Assembly: GCA_963666835.2 (NCBI GenBank)
Contig: CAXXGO010000003.1
Span: 384,001 to 448,000, forward strand
Reading direction: 5' to 3'
DNA length: 64,000 nt
From: Phycisphaerae bacterium
GTDB taxonomy: Bacteria; Planctomycetota; Phycisphaerae; UBA1845
Part shown: piece by piece, positions 1-10,503 of the stretch
How positions within the stretch are numbered: the stretch's first letter is position 1
Layout: every line of letters begins with the position of its first letter
Translations under genes and position numbers: made by a program
Notes under the pieces: generated by a model
The model's database searches: none
What the model saw: the letters and a program-made list of their open reading frames with translations, nothing else
What the model was told of the DNA's origin: nothing

Positions 1-112
1 ATGTCCACACCCGGAAGTGACGGGGCTACGGCTCGCGGAATCTCGCGACCCCGGACGGCGTTCGTTCGGTCATGAACGGACGGGTCTAGTCAGCAACCTC
101 GGAGTCAAACGC

Positions 113-2882
113 ATGTTGAAGAACCTCACAATCGGCAAGAAGATCGGCCTCGGCTTCAGCGTAGTCATGCTTCTGCTGGCCTTGGTTGCGGTTCTTTCAT
201 ATACCGGGGTCGGCGGAATCGTGATGAATGCCGGAGAAGTCATCACTGGTAATAAGCTCGACGGCAACTTGGCCCAGAAAGAGGTGGACCACCTCAACTG
301 GGCCAACAACGTCATTGCTCTGTTGACCGACGAGAATGTCACCGAGCTGTCCGTTGAGACGGACGATCATCAGTGCGGCTTCGGCAAGTGGTTATACGGC
401 GAGGGCCGCAAGGAGGCCGAGAAACAGATTCCATCGATTGCCCCGATCCTCAAGGAGATCGAGGGATACCACGCACACTTGCACGAATCTGCGATTGAAA
501 TCGGGGACCACTTCAAACAGGCCGACGCGACGTTGCCCGGCATGCTGGCAGCCCGCGAGGCCGATCACCTCGCATGGGCCGCTGAGATCAACAGGCTGTT
601 TCTGGAGAATCTCCCCCAACTCGAGGTGACGACCGATCCGAACGAATGCGCCTTGGGCAAGTGGCTGGCGAGTTCAGAAGTAGAACGGCTCGCCGCTGCC
701 GACCCCGAGTTCGCCAGTCTGCTCGAAGCCTTGAAGAAACCGCACGCTCTGTTGCACCGCTCAGCCGCTGCAATCCAAGACACGTGGAAGCAACAACACA
801 AGGGTCTCATCCACACATTGCGGGAACGGCTGGACGATCACCGCAGGTGGGCGGCCGGCGTCGGCGAGGCGTTGCTGAGCCACAAGGAAATCGACGTCCA
901 AACCGATCCGACAAAATGCGCTTTCGGCGTTTGGCTCGCCGGCGAAGAGTGCCGCCAACTCTGCGTGAACTGGCCGGAATTCAACGAGATCATCAACAAA
1001 GTCAAGAGGCACCACGCGGACCTCCACGAGTCGGCCGTAGGTATCCGGGAGCACACTAAGTACGCAGAACTCGCCGCAGCCCAAGCAACCGAAAAGCAGA
1101 TTAGCGAAGAATGGAATCGGATCGGCCGGCGGGTTACCACGGCTCTGGAAGAAGGGATGGTCAGCGTTATCGACCCTGCCAAGGCGAGCGCTGAGCAGGC
1201 AAGAGACGTTGCCGCTATGGTCTCGTGGGGCGCCATCGACATGCACATGAACGAGGCGATCATCGCCCCGTTTCTGCAGGCCCGCTTGCTGGCGGCTACG
1301 GCCACCACGCCCGAGCAGTGGCGGGCCTATGACGAGCAGTTCCGACAGGTTAGCGACGGCCTCGCCGAGTGGGCGACGATGATAGACGGCAAGGATAGCG
1401 TAGCGTTACAGCGAACGGCCCAGGCGGTCAGGCAGGCACTCCAAACATGGCAGGAGGCTACTTCCTCGTATCGAAGAGCGCAGGAGGAAGAGCACCAGTA
1501 CGCCGCTGCCTGTGAGCGGGCTCGGGAAATCTACAGAACCCAAACCCTGCCGGCGCTCCACGACGTCGCCACCCCTGTTCGCAAGCGCCGTCGAGATGGA
1601 GAACGAAGTTGTGGCGCAAGGAGAACGCGCCAAGGACATCTTCCATAACCAGACCATGGTGGCCCTGAGCGATACCCGCGCGGCCATCCACAAATGCCAC
1701 GACCATGCTACGTATGCTCTCGAAGGCATGAGGCACGCTGACGAAATCTACGCGAAGAGCACCAAGCCTAATCTGGAGCAAATCCAGATGTTGCTCAACA
1801 AGGTGCGGGCCGAGGTGAGGGGCAACGTAATGACCGATGATGCCATGCTCGCCAGCGCCCAGAACACCAAGCGAAACGTCACGCTCGTAGGGGCGATTGC
1901 CATTGTCGTCGGGGCAGTCTTGGCGTTTATGATCTCCCGCGGGATAAGCACCTCCCTGAAAACCATCATCACGTCTCTGCGCGACGGAGCCGATCAGGTC
2001 AACGATGCCGCCGGCCAAGTATCGTCCGCCAGTCAGGAACTCGCCGGCGGGGCGAGCGAGCAAGCCTCGTCGTTGGAGGAAACCTCCAGTGCTCTCGAGG
2101 AGATGGCGGCCATGACCCGGACGAACGCCGAGAACTCCAGACAGGCCAACGAGTTGAGCAGTCAGGCGTGCGACGCCGCCCAAAACGGCGACCGCACCAT
2201 GCACAAGCTCAATGAGGCCATGATCGGGATCAACGAATCGTCCGACCAGATCAGCAAGATCATCAAAGTAATCGAGGAGATCGCCTTTCAGACTAACCTT
2301 CTGGCGCTGAACGCGGCCGTCGAAGCCGCCCGCGCGGGCGAGCACGGTAAAGGCTTCGCTGTCGTAGCCGACGAAGTTCGCAACCTGGCCCAACGCGCCG
2401 CCCAGGCAGCCCGAGAGACAACCGGACTGATCGAGGATTCGGTCAACAAGGCCAAAGAGGGCACAAACGTTGCCGATGACGTGGGCAAGGCCCTCGGCGG
2501 CATCGTGAATGACATCACAAAGGTCACCGAACTAATCAACGGTATCGCCACAGCCAGCGAAGAGCAGGCCCAGGGCGTCGATCAAGTCAACACGGCCGTG
2601 TCTCAGATGGACCAAGTGACCCAGCGGAATGCGGCAACCGCCGAAGAATCCGCTTCGGCGGCCGAAGAACTCAGCGCCCAGGCGGAATCAGTCAAGGGAA
2701 TTGTGCGGGAGTTGGCGGTCATGGTTGGCGAAGATAGTCACCAAAGCAGTGGCCGCTCGCCACGTCCCCGCCCGCATGCGTTCCCCCGCAGGTCCGGAGC
2801 CTCGCCCAACAGCCCGGTGATTCCTTTGGGAGAGGAACCGCAAGGCACCGAGGTGGAGGATTCGACATTTGCCGGTCTGTAA
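113..2882 (+). CDS. Methyl-accepting chemotaxis protein with three CZB-like domains, split by one frameshift near 1570-1590
   Basis: ATG at 113 after GGAG, followed by a TM segment ([22 protein letters not shown]). Three DH..W / CxFGxWL / HxxLH motifs. The second frame carries TM2 and the MCP hairpin [34 protein letters not shown]. Confidence 0.9.
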
Positions 2883-2991
2883 GCGAGTGTAAGACTACGA
2901 AGAAGAAGGTCGAGCCGGTCGTCGTCGCTTATGTTGATGCCGCGGGACCATGCGAAGGCGCGGCGGTAGGCGGCGGCCCACGAAACCTACC

Positions 2992-3046
2992 GCAGCATCG
3001 GCCGATGTAGGGCATGGTCGAGGTACGAGACCTGCCATGGTCTTCG
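2992..3046. repeat. Partial copy of the REP-like repeat at 7369-8043
   Basis: gcagcatc...tgtagggcatggtcgaggtacgagacctgcc..ggtcttcg also occurs near 7480-7535 and 7867-7921. Confidence 0.8.
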
Positions 3047-3176
3047 GACGTCACAGACGTCTGTGGCCGTATGGGTCCCTCACCTCCAAGGGTGTCCTTG
3101 CGGTGAGCGTGTATGACGCGATTTGAGCGACCCGGTATCGTCAGCCGTCGACCGATGGTGGTCTGGAGGACGGCTG

Positions 3177-3617
3177 ATGAGATCCAGAGGGACAGGCACG
3201 CTCCCGGCTCGCCTCGAGGCGGGTCGGCGGCGTTTTGAACGTTGGCGTCGGACCCGTGAAGGCCGCTCGCGCATTCCGGATCCGCTGTGGAACTCGGCGG
3301 TAAAGCTCTCCGCAACGTACGGGATTCACCGAACCGCCAAGACGCTGCGACTCAATCCCGACTCGCTCAAGAAGCGCGTGGCATCTGCAAACGGCGATGG
3401 CTCGCTTGGGCAGAGGAAACCCCGACAGAAGACCGCCGGGCAGGAGGCAGCCACGGCTTTCGTTGAGTTGGTGTCTACTGAAGGCACTTGCCCGCCCGAG
3501 TGCATCGTCGAACTGGAGCATCCTCGCGGGGCGAAGATGCGGATCCACGCCAAGGGCAACCAAATCCCGGACGTGGTGACGGCGGTGAGCCAGATCTTCT
3601 TCGGCGCCATGCCATGA
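3177..3617 (+). CDS. tnpA: IS66 accessory protein TnpA-like (HTH)
   Basis: RBS GGAGGA; FERWRR..RIPDPLWNSAV and AFVEL..IVELEHPRGAKMRI motifs; stop overlaps the tnpB start. Confidence 0.75.
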   Translation: MRSRGTGTLPARLEAGRRRFERWRRTREGRSRIPDPLWNSAVKLSATYGIHRTAKTLRLNPDSLKKRVASANGDGSLGQRKPRQKTAGQEAATAFVELVSTEGTCPPECIVELEHPRGAKMRIHAKGNQIPDVVTAVSQIFFGAMP

Positions 3618-3976
3618 TTCAGGTCACACCCCAGATGCGCATCCTGGTGGCCGTCGAGCCCGCCGATTTTCGAAAAGGCATAGATGGCCTGGCCCGGCTG
3701 TGCAAGGAGGAGTTGAAACGCGACCCGTTTTGCGGCTGGGTGTTCGTATTCCGCAATCGACGGGCCACGGCTGTGAAGGTTTTGGCTTATGATGGGCAAG
3801 GATTCTGGTTAAGCCATAAACGTTTGTCGAGCGGGCGGTTTCGCTGGTGGCCCGTCAGTAAGACAGGGGCGAGCAAGACGCTGGAGGCGCACCAGCTGCA
3901 CGTCCTCCTGTCGGCGGGCAATCCCGACGCGGCGCAGGCCCCGGCGGCATGGCGGCGAGTCAACGCAGCATCTTGA
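3614..3976 (+). CDS. tnpB: IS66 accessory protein TnpB
   Basis: MIQVTPQMRILVAVEPADFRKGIDGL...FVFRNRR..VKVLAYDGQGFWL.KRLSSGRF is the family signature. Confidence 0.92.
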   Translation: MIQVTPQMRILVAVEPADFRKGIDGLARLCKEELKRDPFCGWVFVFRNRRATAVKVLAYDGQGFWLSHKRLSSGRFRWWPVSKTGASKTLEAHQLHVLLSAGNPDAAQAPAAWRRVNAAS

Positions 3977-4005
3977 GAGCGAATGAAAAAACTCGGCCTT
4001 CGGGC

Positions 4006-4034
4006 TTGCGTTCTACTTTTGACCCTGCTACGCT
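4006..4034 (+). promoter_or_regulatory. Putative sigma70 promoter for a near-leaderless DUF4338-tnpC transcript
   Basis: TTGCGT-17 bp-TACGCT, with the ATG 6 nt downstream and no Shine-Dalgarno sequence. Confidence 0.45.
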
Positions 4035-4040
4035 GCGGTC

Positions 4041-4913
4041 ATGGACGTGCTGCGGTACCGAGGCCGGGTTGTCACCGACGCCGACGTCGCCTTCATTGGT
4101 GACCTCATCAGCGCGCATCCAACCGCCACGCGGCGGGCACTGTCCCTGAAGCTGTGCGAGGCCTGGAACTGGGTCCAGCCCAACGGCGTTCTGCGGGACA
4201 TGGTCTGTCGCGGATTGTTGCTGGCGTTGCATCGCGCGGGCCACATCGAGCTGCCGCCGGCGCGGAAGTCCAATCCTCTGGGGCCGCAGCGTCGGACACC
4301 TTCGCGCGCGACGCTCCGCTGTGATCCCATCGAGGGGCGACTGTCCGACATCCTTCCGCTTACCATCGCTCAGGTGCGACGCACCGGTGATGAATCGCTG
4401 TTCGACAGTCTGCTTCAGACCCACCACTATCTGGGCTACACCCAGCCGGTCGGCGAACATTTGAAGTATCTGATCTCGACAAATGGTGTTCCGGTGGCCT
4501 GCCTGGCGTGGTCCTCGGCGCCGCGGCACCTGGGTCCAAGAGACCGCTTCATCGGTTGGTCGGCCGACAGCCGGCGGAAGAACATCCGCTTCATCGCTTA
4601 CAACCTCCGCTTTCTGATCCTGCCGTGGGTCGAGGTCCCTCATCTGGCCTCGCACATTTTGGGTCGCATGGCCCGGGTGTTACCTCAGGACTGGGAGCGG
4701 ATCTACGGCCACCCCATCTACTTCCTGGAGACCTTCGTTGATCCCCAGAGATTCAAAGGCACCTGTTACCGCGCGGCCAACTGGTTGGTTCTGGGGCGCA
4801 CCACGGGCCGGGGCAAGGACGACCTGACCCACCGGCCTAACCGGTCCATCAAAGAGGTGCTGGGCTACCCACTCTCGAAGCATTTTCGAAAACGATTGTG
4901 CCACACCGCATGA
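4041..4913 (+). CDS. DUF4338 / Druantia DruA-like protein
   Basis: HHYLGY..VGEHLKY, RDRFIGW, N.RFLILPWV.VPHLASHIL and LETFVDP.RF.GTCYRAANW..LG.T.GRG motifs. Confidence 0.8.
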   Translation: MDVLRYRGRVVTDADVAFIGDLISAHPTATRRALSLKLCEAWNWVQPNGVLRDMVCRGLLLALHRAGHIELPPARKSNPLGPQRRTPSRATLRCDPIEGRLSDILPLTIAQVRRTGDESLFDSLLQTHHYLGYTQPVGEHLKYLISTNGVPVACLAWSSAPRHLGPRDRFIGWSADSRRKNIRFIAYNLRFLILPWVEVPHLASHILGRMARVLPQDWERIYGHPIYFLETFVDPQRFKGTCYRAANWLVLGRTTGRGKDDLTHRPNRSIKEVLGYPLSKHFRKRLCHTA

Positions 4914-6628
4914 AGAAGACCATACCCATTGAGAAGATCGCTATGAAAGAACTGGAATCCATTCTGCAACGCGCTGAGACGGCTCCGCTGGATGCAAAGG
5001 ACCGCGCGAAGCTCAAGGCGGTGTTCGAATCCTACCTTCACCTGACGGACCTAGTCGAGGACAAGCAGATGACAATCAAGCGTCTACGGCAGATGCTCTT
5101 CGGCGCCGGCACCGAGAAGACCCGCGATGTGATCAAGGAGGAGGAAGACGAACCCGAGTCGCCGCCGGCGACGGGCGGGGATTCGCGTGCCCCGCCGGAG
5201 AAGACGGGCGAAGAGGGCTCGGAACCGCAGCAGAAACGCAAAGGACATGGGCGCAACGGCGCCGACGCCTACACCGGCGCTGAGAAGATCAGGGTGCCTC
5301 ACGAATCCCTCCAGCCGGGGGATTCGTGCCCGGCGTGCAAGAAGGGCACAGTCTACCAGATGAAGAAACCCGGTGTGCTGATCCGGATTGTGGGTCAGGC
5401 TCCGGTGGCGGCCACGGTCTTCGAGCTTCAGAAGCTGCGCTGCCATCTGTGTGGCAAGGTATTCACGGCCGAGCCGCCCGAGGGAGCGGACGAGGAGAAG
5501 TACGACGCGACGGCAGCGAGTATGATCGCCCTGCTGAAGTACGGAAGTGGGTTACCCTTCAATCGATTGGAAGGCCTGCAGGGAAACCTGGGCATTCCTC
5601 TGCCGGCCTCGACCCAGTGGGACATCGTCCGCGACACCGCCGAGATCATCCAGCCGGCCTATGATGAGCTGATCCGGCAGGCTGCCCAGGGGGAGGTGCT
5701 GTACAATGACGATACCACGATGAAGATTCTGGAACTGATGGGGAAGCGGGCTACCGCCAGAGCCTGTGCCGAAGCTGAAGGCGAGGACGAGGGCGATGGC
5801 GCACCCGAACGTGCGAAGAACGTACCCAAGCGCTCGGGGGTGTTCACCTCGGGCATCGTGTCCACCCGCGAAGGGCGCACGATCGCGCTGTTCTTCACGG
5901 GGCGGCGGCACGCTGGGGAAAACTTGGACGAGGTCCTGGCCCACAGAGCCTCGGAGCTGGGTGTGCCGATCCAAATGTGCGACGCCCTGTCGCGTAATGC
6001 GCCCAAGGAATTCGAGACCATCCTGAGCAACTGCCTGTCCCACGGCCGGCGCCAGTTCGTCGATGTGGTGGAGAACTTCCCGGACGAGTGTCGCCACGTG
6101 CTTTTGACCCTGAGGGACGTCTACAAGCATGATGCCATCGCGCAGAAGCAGGACCTGACGTCCGAAGAGCGCCTCCGCTTCCACCAAGCTGAGAGTGGCC
6201 CGCTGATGGACGACCTCAAGGAATGGCTAACCAGGCAACTCAAGGACCACCTGGTGGAGCCGAACTCCGGTCTCGGCGAGGCTATTACCTATATGCTCAA
6301 GCACTGGGACAAGCTGACGCTCTTCTTGCGTAAGGCTGGGGCTCCGCTGGACAATAATGTTTGCGAACGAATTCTGAAGCGGGCGATTCTTCACCGTAAG
6401 AATGCGATGTTCTTCATGAGCGAAAACGGTGCCCGCGTGGGCGATCTATTCATGAGTCTGATCCACTCCTGCCAGCTTTGCGGCGCCAATCCCTTCGATT
6501 ACTTGACCGAGCTACAGAAGCACGCGGCGGAACTCACCTCCGATCCCGCGACGTGGATGCCCTGGAATTACCGGGACGAATGGAAGAGGCGAAACGTGGA
6601 CACGGAAACGGCAGTGGGATATGTCTAA
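4910..6628 (+). CDS. tnpC: IS66 DDE transposase TnpC
   Basis: N-terminal coiled coil ending LFGAGTEK, zinc finger CPAC..CHLC, and DDT, MCDALSRN, CLSHGRRQF, DNNVCERILK and NPFDYL motifs. Confidence 0.93.
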   Translation: MKKTIPIEKIAMKELESILQRAETAPLDAKDRAKLKAVFESYLHLTDLVEDKQMTIKRLRQMLFGAGTEKTRDVIKEEEDEPESPPATGGDSRAPPEKTGEEGSEPQQKRKGHGRNGADAYTGAEKIRVPHESLQPGDSCPACKKGTVYQMKKPGVLIRIVGQAPVAATVFELQKLRCHLCGKVFTAEPPEGADEEKYDATAASMIALLKYGSGLPFNRLEGLQGNLGIPLPASTQWDIVRDTAEIIQPAYDELIRQAAQGEVLYNDDTTMKILELMGKRATARACAEAEGEDEGDGAPERAKNVPKRSGVFTSGIVSTREGRTIALFFTGRRHAGENLDEVLAHRASELGVPIQMCDALSRNAPKEFETILSNCLSHGRRQFVDVVENFPDECRHVLLTLRDVYKHDAIAQKQDLTSEERLRFHQAESGPLMDDLKEWLTRQLKDHLVEPNSGLGEAITYMLKHWDKLTLFLRKAGAPLDNNVCERILKRAILHRKNAMFFMSENGARVGDLFMSLIHSCQLCGANPFDYLTELQKHAAELTSDPATWMPWNYRDEWKRRNVDTETAVGYV

Positions 6629-7211
6629 ACGCAGCTCGAAGAAAGCGGTCAAACCTCCCAAGATAGCGGACCCCGGGCAACGGCTGCGCAAGGCGCTGGC
6701 CAGGCGCACGAAAGGTGAGCTGATTGATGTTCTCGTGGAATTGGCCAGTGATGATCGCGCAGTTCTCCGGCGGTTTGCGGCACGCTTCGAACTACAGGCT
6801 CCGCCCAAAGAACTCTTGGTGATGACCCGTCAAGCGATTGCCGACGCTACCGCCTTCGACGAGCGGGACGCCAATTACAACTTCAGCTACGACGACGAAG
6901 CATACCGTGAAGTGCAACAGAATCTGAACCGCTTGATCGAGCTGGGGCATCTACGGCCGGCCATGGAGTTGTCGCTGGAGCTGATGGATCAGGGAAGCTA
7001 CCAGGTCGAATCGAGCGATGAGGGATTGATGACCGAGGACATCGAGGCGTGTTTCGGTACGGTCCTGAAAGCCCTCCGAAAGTGCGACCTGCCGGCAGCC
7101 GAGGTGATCGCGTGGTGCGCGAAGATGCTCAAGACTGACCGCGTGGGCTTCATCTGCGATCAGGAGCTTCACACGCTGCGACGGCGATTCGAGGGCACGC
7201 CGTCGCCATGA
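6621..7211 (+). CDS. Hypothetical alpha-helical passenger protein inside the IS
   Basis: 196-aa ORF that overlaps the tnpC stop and lies inside the right inverted repeat. Confidence 0.65.
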   Translation: MSKRSSKKAVKPPKIADPGQRLRKALARRTKGELIDVLVELASDDRAVLRRFAARFELQAPPKELLVMTRQAIADATAFDERDANYNFSYDDEAYREVQQNLNRLIELGHLRPAMELSLELMDQGSYQVESSDEGLMTEDIEACFGTVLKALRKCDLPAAEVIAWCAKMLKTDRVGFICDQELHTLRRRFEGTPSP

Positions 7212-7368
7212 CCCGCCGCCAATTCCCCAGGTGGATGTCGAGTCCTGAAAGCCGACCGGACCTCACATCGTGATGCCCGCCAAGCAACGGCCCGCGTCTT
7301 CCCCCCACCACGAACCGCGCGCCACAAAACCGGATCATACACGCTCACCGGAAAGACACCTCCAAGGA

Positions 7369-8043
7369 GATGGGCCACCCGCTCAGTACCGCGACCGTTA
7401 GGGAGCCGGCCCGACGCTACGATCGCATCGGGCGGGTCGCTTACGCTCGCCGTACTGAGTGCGCAGGCTTCCTCGCAGGGCAGCATCGGCGGATGTAGGG
7501 CATGGTCGAGGTACGAGACCTGCCGTCGGTCTTCGCGCGATGGCGGTGACGCTCCGCCGGCCCATCCGGACGGGAATACGCGGGGCCAAACCGCCCCCAC
7601 GGGTTCCGCTTCGCTCCACCCGTGGCTACTTGCCTAGGTCCCTTCGGGACGAACTATCGCACGACCGCGCCAGCGTCCTTCGCGTAGCGCTGGCATCCTG
7701 CCGGCAGCATGCCGGACAACGTACGAACTCACACAATTCCGCCACCGCCAACGCGATGGGCCACCCGCTCAGTACCGCGACCGTCAGGGAGCCGGCCCTA
7801 TACACCACTCGCCAAGGGCGGGTCGCTCACGCTCACCGTACTGATTGCGCAGACCTCCTCGCAGGGCAGCATCAGCGGGTGTAGGGCATGGTCGAGGTAC
7901 GAGACCTGCCGTTGGTCTTCGCGCGATTCCGGCAACTTTCCGCCGGCCCTTCGGGACGGGCGTACGTGAGGGGGATTCGCCCCCACGGGTTCCGCTCCGC
8001 TCCACCCGTGGCTACTTGCCTGCGCCCCCTTCGGGGCGAACTA
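7369..8043. repeat. Two ~288-bp imperfect tandem copies (7369-7656, 7755-8043) of a composite palindromic REP-like unit
   Basis: Both start gatgggccacccgctcagtaccgcgaccgt and end gaacta. They contain the palindromes tcagtac..gtactga and ccacggg..cccgtgg. Confidence 0.88.
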
Positions 8044-8084
8044 CCGCACACCCGCCTGACACGGTGAGTGCCATTGCGCATATG

Positions 8085-8648
8085 CTACTGCTCGGTAGTT
8101 AAAGCCCGCTTGGGATCGATAGCCACGCCGCACTCCGAGCAGACGCCCGTAACGTTGCCGGTCAGGTCGTAACCGCAGGCAATACACAAACCACGTTTGC
8201 GCCGACGGCGACGGCGAAGTGGGCCGCGGATGAACGTGACGGCCGGGTAGGCCGCCAGAAGACATGCGACGCCCCACGGGAACCTGGCGGACATGTAGAT
8301 GGACAGGTGCCATCCACACGCCCGACTCGGATAGACCTGCACGTTTAGCCCAACAAGTCGTTCGAGGCGTGAGGCCAGCCTGAAACCTTTTGCAGAATCC
8401 ACGATACCGTGAGAGCAACATTGACAACCGGAATACAAACAGTCCTCATTAGCCTCCAAGGCTGCCACCCCGCCGCGCAACACATCAATGGAGCAATACC
8501 AGGGCGAAGGCTGCAAACCACTGTAATACGGCCCCAACCACGGCGATGCACAAACCAGAAACGCGCCGAGGCACGCCATCGACACCGCCCCCAGCGTCAA
8601 CCCGACGATAACGGCCACGCGGAACATCCTGAGGATCTTGCGAATCAC
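8085..8648 (-). CDS. Membrane protein with C-terminal zinc ribbon (array 1, gene 5)
   Basis: VIRKILRMFRVAVIVGLTLGA head and RRRRRRKRGLCIACGYDLTGNVTGVCSECG tail; the GTG start overlaps the upstream TGA. Confidence 0.8.
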   Translation of the reverse strand: MIRKILRMFRVAVIVGLTLGAVSMACLGAFLVCASPWLGPYYSGLQPSPWYCSIDVLRGGVAALEANEDCLYSGCQCCSHGIVDSAKGFRLASRLERLVGLNVQVYPSRACGWHLSIYMSARFPWGVACLLAAYPAVTFIRGPLRRRRRRKRGLCIACGYDLTGNVTGVCSECGVAIDPKRALTTEQ

Positions 8649-9295
8649 GAGGAAACCGCCCTTCCACACTCCGAGCAAACACCCGTGACGTTGCCGGTCA
8701 GGTCGTAACCACAGCCAGTGCATCTTCCGTTGCGCACGCGCCAGTAACGATGGGCTGGTCCGCGAAGGAACACAGTGACCGGATAGAGCGAGAAGACCGT
8801 AAACGCCATCCATATAGGCATCTTCACCGACCATACGGACGTCTGCTTGTTTGCCGCGAAATCCCTGTCTTCTTTGGTGAGCCCGAATCGCCAGCCGGCT
8901 GCGGGAGGCTTCTGGGCATAACACAGAAACTGAAAACCAAGGCCCTCAAGGTCGTGCGGACGGAATGTGGACTCGCGATCAACCTCTACGAACAACCCGA
9001 GGGCAGCATTACCATTGTAGGATTGAAGACACATTCGCCTGCCTGGACCGAGGTCCATGCAACGTCGGTAGCCCGGTGAAACATGACCCGCCAGAGCGTT
9101 CCGCCATCCGGTGGTCAGCCCAACGCGTTGGTGCCACCGAAAAAGCACAAGGAGCTCCCTTCGCATTGAATACGTGGTTCCCCAGCGCTGCGAGTCGTAG
9201 TTGATCGACGTGGCCGTGCTCGAACCCAGACGCCACAGCCAAAGGCACCCCACAGCCCCGAGCACACACCCGAACAGGATGGTCTTGCGGATCAC
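8645..9295 (-). CDS. Membrane protein with C-terminal zinc ribbon (array 1, gene 4)
   Basis: IRKTILFGCVLGAV head and CTGCGYDLTGNVTGVCSECG tail; GTGA overlaps at both ends. Confidence 0.8.
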   Translation of the reverse strand: MIRKTILFGCVLGAVGCLWLWRLGSSTATSINYDSQRWGTTYSMRRELLVLFRWHQRVGLTTGWRNALAGHVSPGYRRCMDLGPGRRMCLQSYNGNAALGLFVEVDRESTFRPHDLEGLGFQFLCYAQKPPAAGWRFGLTKEDRDFAANKQTSVWSVKMPIWMAFTVFSLYPVTVFLRGPAHRYWRVRNGRCTGCGYDLTGNVTGVCSECGRAVSS

Positions 9296-9933
9296 GAGTC
9301 AATCGCCCTCCCGCATTCGGAGCAGACGCCGGATTCGTTGCCGGTGAGGTTGTAGCCGCAGTTGTGGCAGTACGGACACGAGCGATCCGAACACTTCCCG
9401 AGCTTGCCGTAGACTGTGCGGGCCACAACGAATGATGCCGCCAGCGGAAGTACCAGCAATCCAGCAAGCGCGACGTCTTCTGACCCTAAGGATCGACCGA
9501 GCGCCTTGATCCCGTCGCCCCCCTCCAATAATCCGTACTCAACCATGTTGAGAACGTAATTGGCCACGACCATGGACAGCAGGAACGATGCCCCAGCAAT
9601 GACGAGTCTATGACGGCGATATCGCCGAACAGTCCCTCTAATCGCTACGATGGCCGGGTATATGCTCAGGAGAAGAAACGCCGCCCAGAACGGAATGACA
9701 AAATTGCCCCAGAAACTGACACCGCCATACCGCCCAAGATCGACGGCAAACCCACGGTACCCACAGTAACCAAGCACGCACGGAACAGGGGTTGACGCCC
9801 GATCCAGCAGCCCGAAGCCGCACCAATGCGGCAACGTACCCCCGGACACCGTTAGGTTGGCCGGTCTGACCCATAGGGCAGCCGTCCCGATCGCCGCCAA
9901 TGTCAGCACCACAATGATCGCCTTGCGAATCAC
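9292..9933 (-). CDS. Multi-pass membrane protein with C-terminal zinc ribbon (array 1, gene 3)
   Basis: VIRKAIIVVLTLAA head, two extra TM segments, CHNCGYNLTGNESGVCSECG tail. Confidence 0.8.
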   Translation of the reverse strand: MIRKAIIVVLTLAAIGTAALWVRPANLTVSGGTLPHWCGFGLLDRASTPVPCVLGYCGYRGFAVDLGRYGGVSFWGNFVIPFWAAFLLLSIYPAIVAIRGTVRRYRRHRLVIAGASFLLSMVVANYVLNMVEYGLLEGGDGIKALGRSLGSEDVALAGLLVLPLAASFVVARTVYGKLGKCSDRSCPYCHNCGYNLTGNESGVCSECGRAIDS

Positions 9934-10503
9934 GGCGTGATCTCCGTACCACACTCCGGGCAGACGCCTGATACGTTCCCTTGTAGGTTGTACCCGCACG
10001 TCAGGCACAGGCCTCGCTCTTTCCGGCGCCAGCGTCGCCACCTACGCATGGGGCCGCGAATGAAGGTGAGCGTCGGGTATGCCACCAAGACGGCCAATGG
10101 AAACCAGTTTGCCACGCGGGCCCTCCAGACCGCATGTTGTCCCGGGGCGGCAGTCGAATAGAACCTCGCCTGGTCCCACTTGAAAACTCCGAGGTCAATC
10201 ACACCGATCGTCACACCGTCCGGATCCTCCGCCCAGTCGTCGCAAAGCACCGAGGTCCAGGCCGAGCTGATCTCAATGCGCAGCATGCGGTCCCACGCAC
10301 CGATCGGTTCGTTCCCGTTGCTGACCCGCCCCTCAGTAGCGACATATACCGCAATCGAGGTGCCGGTCCCGTCTCGACGGACACCCACGCTTCGTCCCTG
10401 AGACAACCAGCCGTATTCCGTTGCCGGAAACGCCAGAACCACCCAGGCGACGGCGTAGACAATCGCCCCGAACGCGCGCGTACAGGATAGTCTTGCGGAT
10501 CAC
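9930..10503 (-). CDS. Membrane protein with C-terminal zinc ribbon (array 1, gene 2), frameshift near 10470-10480
   Basis: VIRKTIL, then in another frame GAIVYAVAWVVLAFP, matching the paralog at 52807-53376; CLTCGYNLQGNVSGVCPECG tail. Confidence 0.75.

Larger units (their letters stand above)
3092..7359 (+). mobile_element. IS66-family element, complete, with two passenger genes
   Basis: Left end GTGTCCTTGCGGTGAGCGTGTATGA; reverse complement of right end GTGTCTTTCCGGTGAGCGTGTATGA (23/25 match). 8-bp direct repeat CTCCAAGG at 3084-3091 and 7360-7367. tnpA, tnpB and tnpC lie inside. Confidence 0.92.

Noticed and set aside
4041..4913. Complete Druantia defence system
   Set aside because: Only a DruA-like domain is present, with no DruE helicase or other partners.
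7369..8043. Possible CRISPR array
   Set aside because: Only two long imperfect units and one fragment, no regular repeat-spacer period, and no cas genes.
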